NCBI GenBank assembly: GCA_965220965.1
Contig: OZ244852.1
Location: 1,760,001 to 1,824,000, forward strand
Direction: 5' to 3'
Length of the DNA stretch: 64,000 bases
Origin: Candidatus Marinacidobacterium sp.
GTDB taxonomy: Bacteria; Acidobacteriota; Vicinamibacteria; Marinacidobacterales; Marinacidobacteraceae
Shown: piece by piece, positions 29,729 to 38,505 of the stretch
Position numbering within the stretch: the stretch's first letter is position 1
Layout of the letters: every line of letters starts with the position of its first letter
Made by a program: the position numbers and the translations under genes
The notes under the pieces: model-generated
The model's input: the letters and a program-made list of their open reading frames with translations, nothing else
Told to the model about the DNA's origin: nothing
Database searches by the model: none

Positions 29729-30996
29729 CGCCCGGGTTCCGGCCGCTGCGCCCGCAGCGCGGTCAGGAACGCCTCCGGCGGTTCCGAGCCGAGTCGCCGC
29801 GCCTCGGCCACCGCCTCCCACGCCTCCTCGAAGCGCCCCAGCTCGGCGAGCGCGGCCGCGGTCAGCACGAAGGTCCCCCCGTCCTCCGGGTCGAGGCGCG
29901 AGGCGGTCTCGAGCGATCTCAGCCCCGCCTCCACCCGGCCCTGGCGGAGCAGCGCGTCCCCGAGCGCCGCATGGCCCCCCGCCTCCCCGGGCTGCGCTTC
30001 GGTGGCCCGCCGGAAGTGGAACTCGGCGGCGGGCAGGTCGCCCTCGCGCAGCGCGAGCGCCCCGAGGCCGAAGCGCGCGAGCGGCTGGTCCGGGTCGAGG
30101 GCGACGGCGTCCAGGTAGAGCGGGGCCGCCTCCTCCGGCCGGCCTCTCGCGTCGAGAACGGCGGCGAGACCGGCGAGGACGCCGGCGTCCTGCGGCCGCA
30201 ACTGGCGGAGGTCCCGGTAGAGCGGCTCCGCCTCGGCGAGGCGGCCCGCCTCCCGGGCGGCGCGCGCCCGTTCCAGCAGGCGCGGGGAGGAGATGTCCCG
30301 CGCCAGCATCCGGAAGTGGATCGGGTCCTCGACCGCCGGCAGCGCATCCGCCGGCCCTCCCGACAGCGAGCTTGCTCGCTCGCGGTCTCCGGAGGCGTAG
30401 AGCGCCTGCGCCAGCGCGGCCCGGACCGCCCCGGCCCCGGGGTCCGCTTCGAGCGCCGCCTCCAGCAGCGGAACCGCCTCGTTCGGCCGCCCGGCGGCGA
30501 TCCGGAGCGAGCCGAGGCGGAGCCGCGCCAGGGCGGAAGCGGGCTCGAGCTCGAGGGCGCGGTCGAACGCGGCCTCGGCGCCCCCCGGATCGGCGAGCTC
30601 GGCGCGAACCTCCCCGAGGAGCAACCAGGCCGGGGCGTAGCCCGGCCGCGCCGCCACGCCGCGTTCGAGGGCGGCGGCGGCCTCGGCGGGGGCGGTGGTC
30701 CGGATCGCGTGCGCGAGCAGGTAGAGCGCGGTGAGCCGGGTCGGGTCGTCGGCTTCCAGCAGACGGTCGGCTTCGCGGTAACTCACCGCGGCCTCGGCGT
30801 TCCGGCCGTGGGCGTGGAGCGCCTCGGCGTACTCGAGCCACCGGTAAGCGTCCTCGGGCCGCTCCCGCACCGCGGCCGCGCGCTCCTCGAGCAGCGCCGC
30901 CACCTGCGGCTCCATCGCCCCGGTGTCCGGGAGCGGCGGATCCACCTGGACGCCGCCGAGCGCGAGGACGAGGGTCAGGACAGCGAAGGCGGGCAC
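29725..30996 (-). CDS. Exported TPR protein
   Basis: Tandem TPR helices (A..A.E.EP..A.A.L.LG); GTG start with hydrophobic signal; ATGA-coupled to CRTAC1 gene. Confidence 0.85.
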   Translation of the reverse strand: MPAFAVLTLVLALGGVQVDPPLPDTGAMEPQVAALLEERAAAVRERPEDAYRWLEYAEALHAHGRNAEAAVSYREADRLLEADDPTRLTALYLLAHAIRTTAPAEAAAALERGVAARPGYAPAWLLLGEVRAELADPGGAEAAFDRALELEPASALARLRLGSLRIAAGRPNEAVPLLEAALEADPGAGAVRAALAQALYASGDRERASSLSGGPADALPAVEDPIHFRMLARDISSPRLLERARAAREAGRLAEAEPLYRDLRQLRPQDAGVLAGLAAVLDARGRPEEAAPLYLDAVALDPDQPLARFGLGALALREGDLPAAEFHFRRATEAQPGEAGGHAALGDALLRQGRVEAGLRSLETASRLDPEDGGTFVLTAAALAELGRFEEAWEAVAEARRLGSEPPEAFLTALRAQRPEPGR

Positions 30997-31099
30997 GGAC
31001 GCTCCGGCGCGGGGGGTCCCGCGCGGATCACGGCATCGTACCGACCCCGGTTGCCCCGGCCGCGGCGGAGACCATCCGCGGTACATTGCGGGTCCAGCG

Positions 31100-33208
31100 A
31101 TGGAACGAGTCCCCCCGGCCGCCGGACGGCGCAGGGGCGCGTGGCTCCTCGCCCTGGCGGTCGCCGCGGCGGCGGCCGGAGCGGTGGCGGCGCAGCGCGA
31201 GGGCGCGTCGTTTCCGGCGTCGCCCGACGGGCTCGAGCTCCTCGGCTGGCCGGACGGGGCGTCCGGGTTCGCGGGGTCCGATACCTGCGCGGCCTGCCAC
31301 GGAGGGATCGCGGCCGCCCAGGACGAGCACCCGATGGCGCGGACCGCGGCGGCGCTGACCGGGGAGACGCTGGACCTCTACTTCCCGGCGGAGCGGCTGG
31401 CGCTACCGGTCCGCTGGCGGAGCGACGGCGAAGGGCGCGCCGCCTACGCCCGGGTCGACGGCGGGGTCGAACTCCGGGGGGACGGAGACGACCCGGGCGC
31501 TTCCGTTCACGCGATCTTCGGGTCGGGGCTTCGCGGCGAGACCCCCGTTCACTTCCCCGGAGACGGCGCCATGCGCGAGCTCCGGGTGTCGTGGTCCGAG
31601 GGGCTCGGAAGCTGGATCGAGACCCCGGGCTCCGAGGGCGACCGCGACGCCCTGGGCGACCTCGACCCGCCGGAGGCGACGGCGGACTGCGTGGGCTGCC
31701 ACGCCACCGCGATCCGCTGGGAGGGCGGCGCGCCGGCGGCGGAGGGCTCCGAATGGGGCGTCCGCTGCGAGCGCTGTCACGGCCCCGGCCGGCCGCATGC
31801 GGCCCGGTGGGCCACCGGGACCGGGGGCGAGGTCTTCAACCCCGGGGATCTTCCGCCCGCCGCCCAGGTTCGCTTCTGCGGCCAGTGCCACCGCCTGCCG
31901 AGCGACATCGAGCCGCTCGAGATCCTCCGCCGGGACCGCGCGCTGGCGCGCCACGCCGGGGCCAGCCTCATGATGAGCGCGTGTTTCCGGGAGTCGCCGC
32001 CGGAGAGTGCGCTCTCGTGCCTCTCGTGCCACGACGCGCACGAACACGAGCTCGGCGCCAGCGCTGGCGGGAGCGTGGCGGAGCGGAGCCGGGCGGCCTG
32101 CCTTGGCTGCCACGCCGATCCGGCGGCAGCCCACCGCTACGAGCGGGTGACGACGGCGTCCGACTGTCTGGCCTGCCACCTGCCCCGCCAGGAGGAGGTG
32201 TTCCCGGGGGCGGCCTTCACCGATCACTGGATCCGCGTCCGGGGCGCGCCGCCGGCTCCCGGTTCGCCGGTCGCGGAGGCCGAGATCGCCTGGCTCGAGC
32301 TGCTCTACCGGAACGCGCTCTCCGAGCCGCAGCGGCCGCGCAACGAGGCGCGGCTCGCCATCGGTCTGGGGGAGCTGCTCCAGGCGCAGGGCCTCAGGGA
32401 TTCGGCCATCGCTTCGATCCGGCGGGGTCTCGACCGTGATCCCGGCTACGGGCGGCTCCTGAAGGCGGCGGCGATCCTCCGTGAGGAGGGTGAGGCCCCG
32501 CTCGCCATCACGGCGCTCGAGCGCGCGGCGGCGATGGATCCGGAGGCGGCTCAGGCGCACTTCGATCTCGGGGACCTTCGCCTGGCGAACGGGGACGCCG
32601 GGGGAGCGGTCCGCTCGCTGGAGCGGGCGCGCGAGCTCCGCCCGGCGTCCGCGCTCGTCCTCGCCCGGCTGGGCGCGGCCCACCGCGCCAGCGGAGACTC
32701 CGAGGCGGCGCTGGAGGCCGGGCTCGCCGCGGTCGAACGGACGGCGGCCGCTCCGGCGGACGCCGCCTCACCGGACGCCGCGCTCGAGGCGTGGCTGGAA
32801 CTGGGCATCACCCACCGCGCCCGACGGGAGACCGCCCCGGCGGCCGAGGCGCTGCGCAACGCGCTCCAGCGGAGTCCCGACTGGCCGCCGGTCCTCGACG
32901 CGCTGGCAAGGCTCCTCGCGCTGGACCCCGACGAGTCCCTCCGGGACCTTCCCGAGGCCATCCGCCTCGCGGAACGGCTCGCCGGCTTCTCCGGCTACCA
33001 GGAACCCGCGTCGCTCGACCTGCTGGCGGCGGTTCACGCCGCCGCCGGCGACTTCGAGCTGGCGGTGCGGGCTGCGGAGCTCGCGCTGGCGCAGCTTGCT
33101 GCCGAAGGGGTAGCGAGCGCGCTGGCCGAGGGCCTCCGGGACCGGCTTGCGCTCTACAGGAACGGCCAGGCCTTCGTGGAGCCCCCGCCGGTCCTGCGGC
33201 TGCGGTAG
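31100..33208 (+). CDS. Multiheme c-type cytochrome (7 CxxCH) fused to TPR domain
   Basis: CAACH, CVGCH, CERCH(GPG), CGQCH, CLSCH, CLGCH, CLACH, plus SACF and TDHWIR; C-terminal TPRs. Confidence 0.9.
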   Translation: MERVPPAAGRRRGAWLLALAVAAAAAGAVAAQREGASFPASPDGLELLGWPDGASGFAGSDTCAACHGGIAAAQDEHPMARTAAALTGETLDLYFPAERLALPVRWRSDGEGRAAYARVDGGVELRGDGDDPGASVHAIFGSGLRGETPVHFPGDGAMRELRVSWSEGLGSWIETPGSEGDRDALGDLDPPEATADCVGCHATAIRWEGGAPAAEGSEWGVRCERCHGPGRPHAARWATGTGGEVFNPGDLPPAAQVRFCGQCHRLPSDIEPLEILRRDRALARHAGASLMMSACFRESPPESALSCLSCHDAHEHELGASAGGSVAERSRAACLGCHADPAAAHRYERVTTASDCLACHLPRQEEVFPGAAFTDHWIRVRGAPPAPGSPVAEAEIAWLELLYRNALSEPQRPRNEARLAIGLGELLQAQGLRDSAIASIRRGLDRDPGYGRLLKAAAILREEGEAPLAITALERAAAMDPEAAQAHFDLGDLRLANGDAGGAVRSLERARELRPASALVLARLGAAHRASGDSEAALEAGLAAVERTAAAPADAASPDAALEAWLELGITHRARRETAPAAEALRNALQRSPDWPPVLDALARLLALDPDESLRDLPEAIRLAERLAGFSGYQEPASLDLLAAVHAAAGDFELAVRAAELALAQLAAEGVASALAEGLRDRLALYRNGQAFVEPPPVLRLR

Positions 33209-33314
33209 CCGCCCAACAGACCGTCAGGCGCGAGCGGGCGCCGGCCGTGGCGCGCCGCGAATGCGTCGCCACGCGTGGCGATCAACGGCGTGCCGGACGG
33301 ACCCCGCGTCGCCC

Positions 33315-33351
33315 AAACAAAAAGGCGGCCGGCCCCGAGGGGCCGGCCGCC
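33315..33351 (-). terminator. Rho-independent terminator of TonB receptor gene
   Basis: GGCGGCCGGCCC-CTCG-GGGCCGGCCGCC-TTTTTGTTT on the minus strand. Confidence 0.88.
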
Positions 33352-33373
33352 AGGGTTGGCGAAGAAGGATCGC

Positions 33374-36300
33374 CTAGAAGGTGACCTTCGTCATGAACTG
33401 GAGCGTGCGGGGGAAGCCGCCGCTGCCAGTGATCTCGCCGAAGTTGCTGTTGCCGAAGATGGTCCGGGGGCCGTTCCAGTTGGGCTGGTTGAAGAGGTTG
33501 ATCATCTCGAACCGGAGCGTGAGGTTCGCATCCGAGAAGATGTTCGTGGACTTCTCCAGCGATACATCCCAGTTCTGGAGAGCCGGAGTCCGGACCACGT
33601 CCGTGGTGTGCGGCGCCGAGCTGAGCACAAGCCCGTCGAGCTGCGTCACGGAACCGGCCTGCAGGTAGTTCTCATGGTTGCCCGAGGGGTTGCCGCCGCC
33701 GGTCACGTTGGCGTTCGTGGGCCGCTGGTGGTCATAGCCGTAGGAACTCAGAGGGTTGCTGCTCTGCTTGATCGTCAGCGGGAAACCGGTCCGCAGGATC
33801 GTCATGGTGGACAACGCCCAGCCGCTGAAGATCGGGTTGTCGCCCGGGGTCCGCAGCGTGAAGCTGATGTTCACCTGGTGCGGCGTGTGGATCCGCGACA
33901 GGCCGTAGTCCGCGTCCAGGACCGGGCAGATCCCGGTGGAGCAGGCCTCCGGCGTGTTGTAGATCACGCTCTCTTCATCGGAAACCCGGGTGTTGCTCTC
34001 GTAGATGTTGTCCTGGTGATTCGTGAACGTGTAGTTGATCCGGGCGCCCCAGTTGTCGCGGAAGCGCTTTTCGAACTCGAGACGCATCGAGTGGTAGAGC
34101 GACTTGCCGGCGCTGGCGTGCCGCGCGAACACGTTCCGGAAATGAGGGTACGGGCGAAGCAACTGACCCAGCGGGAGGGTCTCGGCGTTCGCGAGCGGAC
34201 CGAAGTCGGAATGTCCGTAGAACGGGTTCGGGTACTGCTCGTTCAGGCGGTCTCCCAGCGACAGGTAGGAGTCCGGAAGCTGGTTGATGTTGATGACCGA
34301 GTTGTTCGTGCCGCCGATGGGCAGGTCCACGCCCTGGCTGCCGACATATCCGGCCTTGACCACCAGGTCGGTTCCGATGTCGCGCTGGAAGTCGAGCGAC
34401 CACTTGTGGATGTAGGGCGACTGGCGGAACTGGTCATTGAAGTAGACGGTGTCGCCGATGTTCTGAAGGCGGCCTTCCGTATTCCCTACGGGGTCGTCCA
34501 CACCGTTCGGGAACGGGTTCGAGGCGGTCGCGGCCGGGGGCGTGATCCCGTCGAGGCTCGTCGAGAGCCCGGTTACGGCGGTGAAGCCATAGGTCCCGAG
34601 GTTCGAAGCGCTCGTCCCTCCCGGAATGGCGTACGGGGCCCAGAAGACGGCGTAGCCGCCACGGATCACGCTCTCGGGGCTCAGGGTGTAGGCGAAGCCG
34701 AGGCGGGGTCCCAGCTTGATCGAGGGAGGATCCCACTGGTGGGTCGGGTTGTCGCCCACGCCGGCGTACATCAGGCCGCCGCGCAGCGGGAAGCCGGGGA
34801 GCGTGCCCTCGAGGCTCGGATCCAGCGTCGGCTGGATCGGGAACGGGTTCTCGCGGTCCCAGCCCACGGCGAAGCCGTTCTCCTCCTCCATGAGGCCGGT
34901 CTCGTGCTCGAGCCGCAGCCCCAGGTTCAGGACCAGGTTCTCGCTCGGACGCCAGTCATCCTGGATGAAGCCGCCGAAGTAGTCGATGTAGACATCGGCC
35001 GGATCGGCGATCGTGACCTGTCCGCTGTCGGGGATCCCGAGCAGGAGGTCCGCCAGCGCGCTTCCGGAGGCGGAGTCCGGCGCGGTCGGGTTCGGTCCGC
35101 GAGTGAAGCTCCGATCGAAGCCGATCTGCAGGCCATTCGAAAAGGCCACGGCGTGAAGCCCCATGCGACGCCACTGGACGCCGTACTTCAGCGTGTGGTT
35201 TCCGACGAACTGCGAGTAGGTTCCGGCGACCTCCTGCGAGGTCCACTGGACGTCGTTGTTCGACCAGGAACCGTGGGTGGTCCCCCCGTCCCCGAACTCG
35301 GAGATCGAGACCGACGGGAACTGCCCCTCGTACCCCGGCTGGGCGTAGAGGGCGTCCACGAAGCCGCCCTGGAAGCCCAGACCCCGGTAGTCCTCCGCTC
35401 CGAAGGCCGGGTTCGAGTTGGAGTCGTTGAAGTAGGTCTGGCCGTAGCGCAGCGTCAGGACCGAGGCGTCTCCGGTCAGGAAGGTGTTGTTGAACGCGAC
35501 CGCGTGAACGTCCCGACCCAGGAGGGCGGCGCCGATGCCGTAGGCGGGGGATTCGTCGGCGTTCAGCAGATCCTTGTAGTGGCTGAAGGCGGGCTCGGAG
35601 GACGTGTAGTAGAGGTAGGTCAGCGAGCTCTGCCACGAATCGGAGAAGGTGTGGCTGATGTTCCCGGTGGCCTGGAGCGCCTCGGTGATCTGGACTCCGG
35701 AAGCGGCGATGTCGCCGCCGGGTCCGAGGTTCGTCAGAAGCTGCGCGAGCGACGAACCCACCGGGTCGATCATGCTCGAGGGGATCCGGTTCCCGGCGAA
35801 GGGCCTCCGGTTGCCGTTCGCGTCGAGGTCGTAGGGGTTGTAGATCGTGACGCCGCTCTGCGAGAAGTCGCCCGCGGCCTCGGCGGCCGTCGGCAGCGTG
35901 ATCGTCGTGTTCGACGCCTGGTGGTCGGCGTATCCCTCGGCGGAGACCCAGAAGAACGTCCGATCCTCGAGGATCGGCCCGCCGAACGAACCGCCATAGA
36001 GGCCGTACGGCCGATCCGGGATGTCGTCCGCCGTCAGGCTGCCTTCATCGATGTCCACCTGCGTGTGGTAGTAGTACTCGCGGAACCAGCCGCCAAGCTG
36101 CGAGGGGCGGATCTGGTAGAGGCCGCTCCCCGCCCAGTTGTTCGTTCCGGTGCGGTGGATCACGTTGAAGACGCCGCCGCCGGTCCGGCCCATCTCGGCG
36201 TCGTAGGTGTTGACCTGGACCTTCATTTCCTGGACCGCCTCGAAGACCGGGATGATCACGGTGCGGTTCCGGAGGTCGGTCGTGGAGACGCCATCCACGG

Positions 36301-36886
36301 TGTAGTTGTTCCCGCGGAGCGGCCCGCCGCCCAGCGAGAGCAGCGAGGAGTTCGTCTGGTCCGACTGCTTCACCCAGAACGGGTCGCCGGTGTGGACCAC
36401 GTTCGGAGTGCCCACCGACATGATGAAGACGTTCCGTCCCGGGGTGGGAAGGACTTCGAGCTGGGCCCGGTCCACCGCAGTGGCCACCGAGGCCGTCGCG
36501 GTCTCGATCAGCGGGCTCTCCGCCGTGACCGTGACCGTCTCTTCGATGCCGCCGACGTTGAGCACGAGGTCAACGACCAGCGCTGAAGAAACTCCGACCA
36601 GGAAGCCTTCGTTCACCGAGGGAGCGAACCCGCTCAGCTCGGCGCGCACCGTGTAGGTGGCGGGCTGGACGTTGGCGAAGACGTACTCGCCAACGGCGTT
36701 CGTAACGGAACTCCGGGAAACCCCGGTGCCCTCGTTCGCCAGCGTCACCGTGACGCCGGGAAGGACGCCGCCGTCGGCGTCCCGGATGATGCCGCGGACG
36801 CTGCCCTGGAAGGTCTGGGCAAAGGCGCCCGACGCGACCCCCAGGACGGCCAGCACCGCGACCGTTCTAGTCAACAGAGACCTCAT
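33374..36886 (-). CDS. Oar-like TonB-dependent receptor
   Basis: AGGAGG SD, signal AFA|Q; EAVQEMKVQVNTYDAEMGRTGGGV.N, FIQDDWR..L.LNLGLR, GPRLGFAY, C-terminal PRTLQFMTKVTF. Confidence 0.94.
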   Translation of the reverse strand: MRSLLTRTVAVLAVLGVASGAFAQTFQGSVRGIIRDADGGVLPGVTVTLANEGTGVSRSSVTNAVGEYVFANVQPATYTVRAELSGFAPSVNEGFLVGVSSALVVDLVLNVGGIEETVTVTAESPLIETATASVATAVDRAQLEVLPTPGRNVFIMSVGTPNVVHTGDPFWVKQSDQTNSSLLSLGGGPLRGNNYTVDGVSTTDLRNRTVIIPVFEAVQEMKVQVNTYDAEMGRTGGGVFNVIHRTGTNNWAGSGLYQIRPSQLGGWFREYYYHTQVDIDEGSLTADDIPDRPYGLYGGSFGGPILEDRTFFWVSAEGYADHQASNTTITLPTAAEAAGDFSQSGVTIYNPYDLDANGNRRPFAGNRIPSSMIDPVGSSLAQLLTNLGPGGDIAASGVQITEALQATGNISHTFSDSWQSSLTYLYYTSSEPAFSHYKDLLNADESPAYGIGAALLGRDVHAVAFNNTFLTGDASVLTLRYGQTYFNDSNSNPAFGAEDYRGLGFQGGFVDALYAQPGYEGQFPSVSISEFGDGGTTHGSWSNNDVQWTSQEVAGTYSQFVGNHTLKYGVQWRRMGLHAVAFSNGLQIGFDRSFTRGPNPTAPDSASGSALADLLLGIPDSGQVTIADPADVYIDYFGGFIQDDWRPSENLVLNLGLRLEHETGLMEEENGFAVGWDRENPFPIQPTLDPSLEGTLPGFPLRGGLMYAGVGDNPTHQWDPPSIKLGPRLGFAYTLSPESVIRGGYAVFWAPYAIPGGTSASNLGTYGFTAVTGLSTSLDGITPPAATASNPFPNGVDDPVGNTEGRLQNIGDTVYFNDQFRQSPYIHKWSLDFQRDIGTDLVVKAGYVGSQGVDLPIGGTNNSVININQLPDSYLSLGDRLNEQYPNPFYGHSDFGPLANAETLPLGQLLRPYPHFRNVFARHASAGKSLYHSMRLEFEKRFRDNWGARINYTFTNHQDNIYESNTRVSDEESVIYNTPEACSTGICPVLDADYGLSRIHTPHQVNISFTLRTPGDNPIFSGWALSTMTILRTGFPLTIKQSSNPLSSYGYDHQRPTNANVTGGGNPSGNHENYLQAGSVTQLDGLVLSSAPHTTDVVRTPALQNWDVSLEKSTNIFSDANLTLRFEMINLFNQPNWNGPRTIFGNSNFGEITGSGGFPRTLQFMTKVTF

Positions 36887-37055
36887 GAGCTCCTCCTGAT
36901 TCGGATGAGGACAGTTTGGGCGGGACGCGCCATGCGTCCCTCGGCCTCCCGGAGCGCGCCGGAAAGCGGCGAAACCACCGGTTCGTGGCCGTGTAGGAAG
37001 GGGCGGACGATATCACAGTCCGGGTGGAGCGATGACATGTCCTGCGGGGGCTACA

Positions 37056-37071
37056 GGCAAGTTGCGCACCG
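37056..37071 (-). promoter_or_regulatory. Candidate sigma54 -24/-12 promoter
   Basis: CGGTGCGCAACTTGCC = GG-N10-GC with TTGC, oriented towards the TonB receptor gene. Confidence 0.5.
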
Positions 37072-37099
37072 TCGGGGCACAGCCCCCTCCAGGAGCACT

Positions 37100-37112
37100 T
37101 AAGTGATTGACT
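37100..37112 (-). promoter_or_regulatory. Candidate IHF site
   Basis: AGTCAATCACTTA vs WATCAANNNNTTR (1 mismatch), within an AT-rich patch. Confidence 0.5.
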
Positions 37113-37156
37113 CAAAGGATTTAAGCCACATCGCTCGGGAGAGACTCTCACGGCCA

Positions 37157-37175
37157 CCGGAATTCGGAATTCCGG
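37157..37175. repeat. Perfect palindrome, candidate operator or UAS
   Basis: ccggaattc-g-gaattccgg. Confidence 0.6.
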
Positions 37176-37268
37176 ATTCGATCCGGCGACACCGAGGGCC
37201 AGGCGCTCCCGACGACGGCTCGCCTCGGGGAGGCGGGACGTAGGATCGGACCGGCGGGAACCCATCGC

Positions 37269-37796
37269 ATGCAACCGGACGGCGCACACGTCACTCCCAG
37301 AGGCCGGTACCGGACGCCCTCCGAGGTCTGCCCGCCCCCCCGGGAGCGACCGGCGCTCGATCTGGAGGCGCGCTGTCCCCCGGAGGCGATGGCCAGGCTT
37401 CGCCGGCTGGAGATCGCCAGCACGCACCGGTGCCTGGTCGCCGACCGGCGCGGGCTTTCCCGGGACGGCGTCACGTTTCTCGGCCGCCTCATGGGGCTCG
37501 GACCCCGCGCCGATACGCTCGAGGCGCTCGACCTGTTCGGGGAGGCGCCGTTCCGGGTGACGCTCCACCACGTCCACCCCGGCGCGATGAGCCCGATGCT
37601 GTGGAACTACTGGCATCTGCGGCTTCACGGCGAGCCGCCCCGGCGGCCGGCTCCAACGGTGATCACCGAGATGAAGGCGGCGGGCGCGCTCCCGCCGTCC
37701 ACCCCCGAGCCGCCGGCGCCGCAGTGGCCGCCGCGCGGCGGACGGACGAAGCCGGACTACGGCAGGTGTCTGTGGCGGTTCAGGCGATCCACCTGA
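37269..37796 (+). CDS. Hypothetical protein, putative partner of AbiEii-like NTase (start uncertain; alternative 37389)
   Basis: LM.LG...D......G...FR..L....PG.MSP..WNYWH.RL motif; overlaps the downstream NTase gene. Confidence 0.6.
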   Translation: MQPDGAHVTPRGRYRTPSEVCPPPRERPALDLEARCPPEAMARLRRLEIASTHRCLVADRRGLSRDGVTFLGRLMGLGPRADTLEALDLFGEAPFRVTLHHVHPGAMSPMLWNYWHLRLHGEPPRRPAPTVITEMKAAGALPPSTPEPPAPQWPPRGGRTKPDYGRCLWRFRRST

Positions 37797-38479
37797 GCCG
37801 CCTCCCGAAGGCGCAGCGGACGATCTTCCCGCTACTCGGGTGGAGCCGGGAGGCGTTCGTGCTCTACGGGGGAACGGCCTGCGCCCTCCACCTCGGCCAC
37901 CGCGCATCGGTCGACTTCGATCTGTTCTCGGCCGATGGCCTCGATGAGGCCGGCAAACGGCGGATCGTCGAGGAGATGGAATCGGGAGGCGCCGTCCGGA
38001 TCACGCAGGACGAAGAATCCACGCTGCAGGTCGAAGTGGCCACGGGCGACTCGGCCGTCCTGATCTCCTTCTTCGGCGGCATCGGTTTCCCGCGGCTCGC
38101 CCCCCCGGTGGCGGCGCCGGTCGGCCCCCGGATCGCTTCCCGGCTGGACCTGGCCGGGCTCAAGCTGGCGATGGTCTATGCCCGCCACGAGGAAAACGAC
38201 GCGGCGGATCTCGCGGCGCTGCTGGACGCCGGGGTCTCGCTCGATGAGGCGGCCGGGGCGATGCTTCAACACTACGGCGAGGAGGACCCGATCCGGACTG
38301 CCGTCACCGCGATGAGCTGGCTCGATGGCCGCAGCCCTTCCCCCCAGAACGCGCTCACCGAGGCCCGCCGCCTGACGCTGCGCCGGGCGGTGGCGGCGTG
38401 GGGAAACCGGATCCCGAAGCTCCCGGTGGACCACCCGAGCCTGAGCGCCCCTGGCTACGACCCGGCTGCGCTCGCCTGA
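37766..38479 (+). CDS. AbiEii/AbiGii-family nucleotidyltransferase
   Basis: FVLYGGTACALHLGHRASVDFDLFS, ISFFGG, AS.LDLAGLK, R....D..D. Confidence 0.88.
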   Translation: MSVAVQAIHLSRLPKAQRTIFPLLGWSREAFVLYGGTACALHLGHRASVDFDLFSADGLDEAGKRRIVEEMESGGAVRITQDEESTLQVEVATGDSAVLISFFGGIGFPRLAPPVAAPVGPRIASRLDLAGLKLAMVYARHEENDAADLAALLDAGVSLDEAAGAMLQHYGEEDPIRTAVTAMSWLDGRSPSPQNALTEARRLTLRRAVAAWGNRIPKLPVDHPSLSAPGYDPAALA

Positions 38480-38505
38480 GCCGCGCGCGGATCCCGGCCC
38501 GGCCC

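Noticed and set aside
33275-36586. Very long antisense/alternate-frame ORFs (e.g. 1103 aa here, 838 aa at 3656, 912 aa at 29701)
   Set aside because: Shadow ORFs expected from high GC3; low-complexity R/G/P/A/V composition and no motifs, opposite well-supported genes
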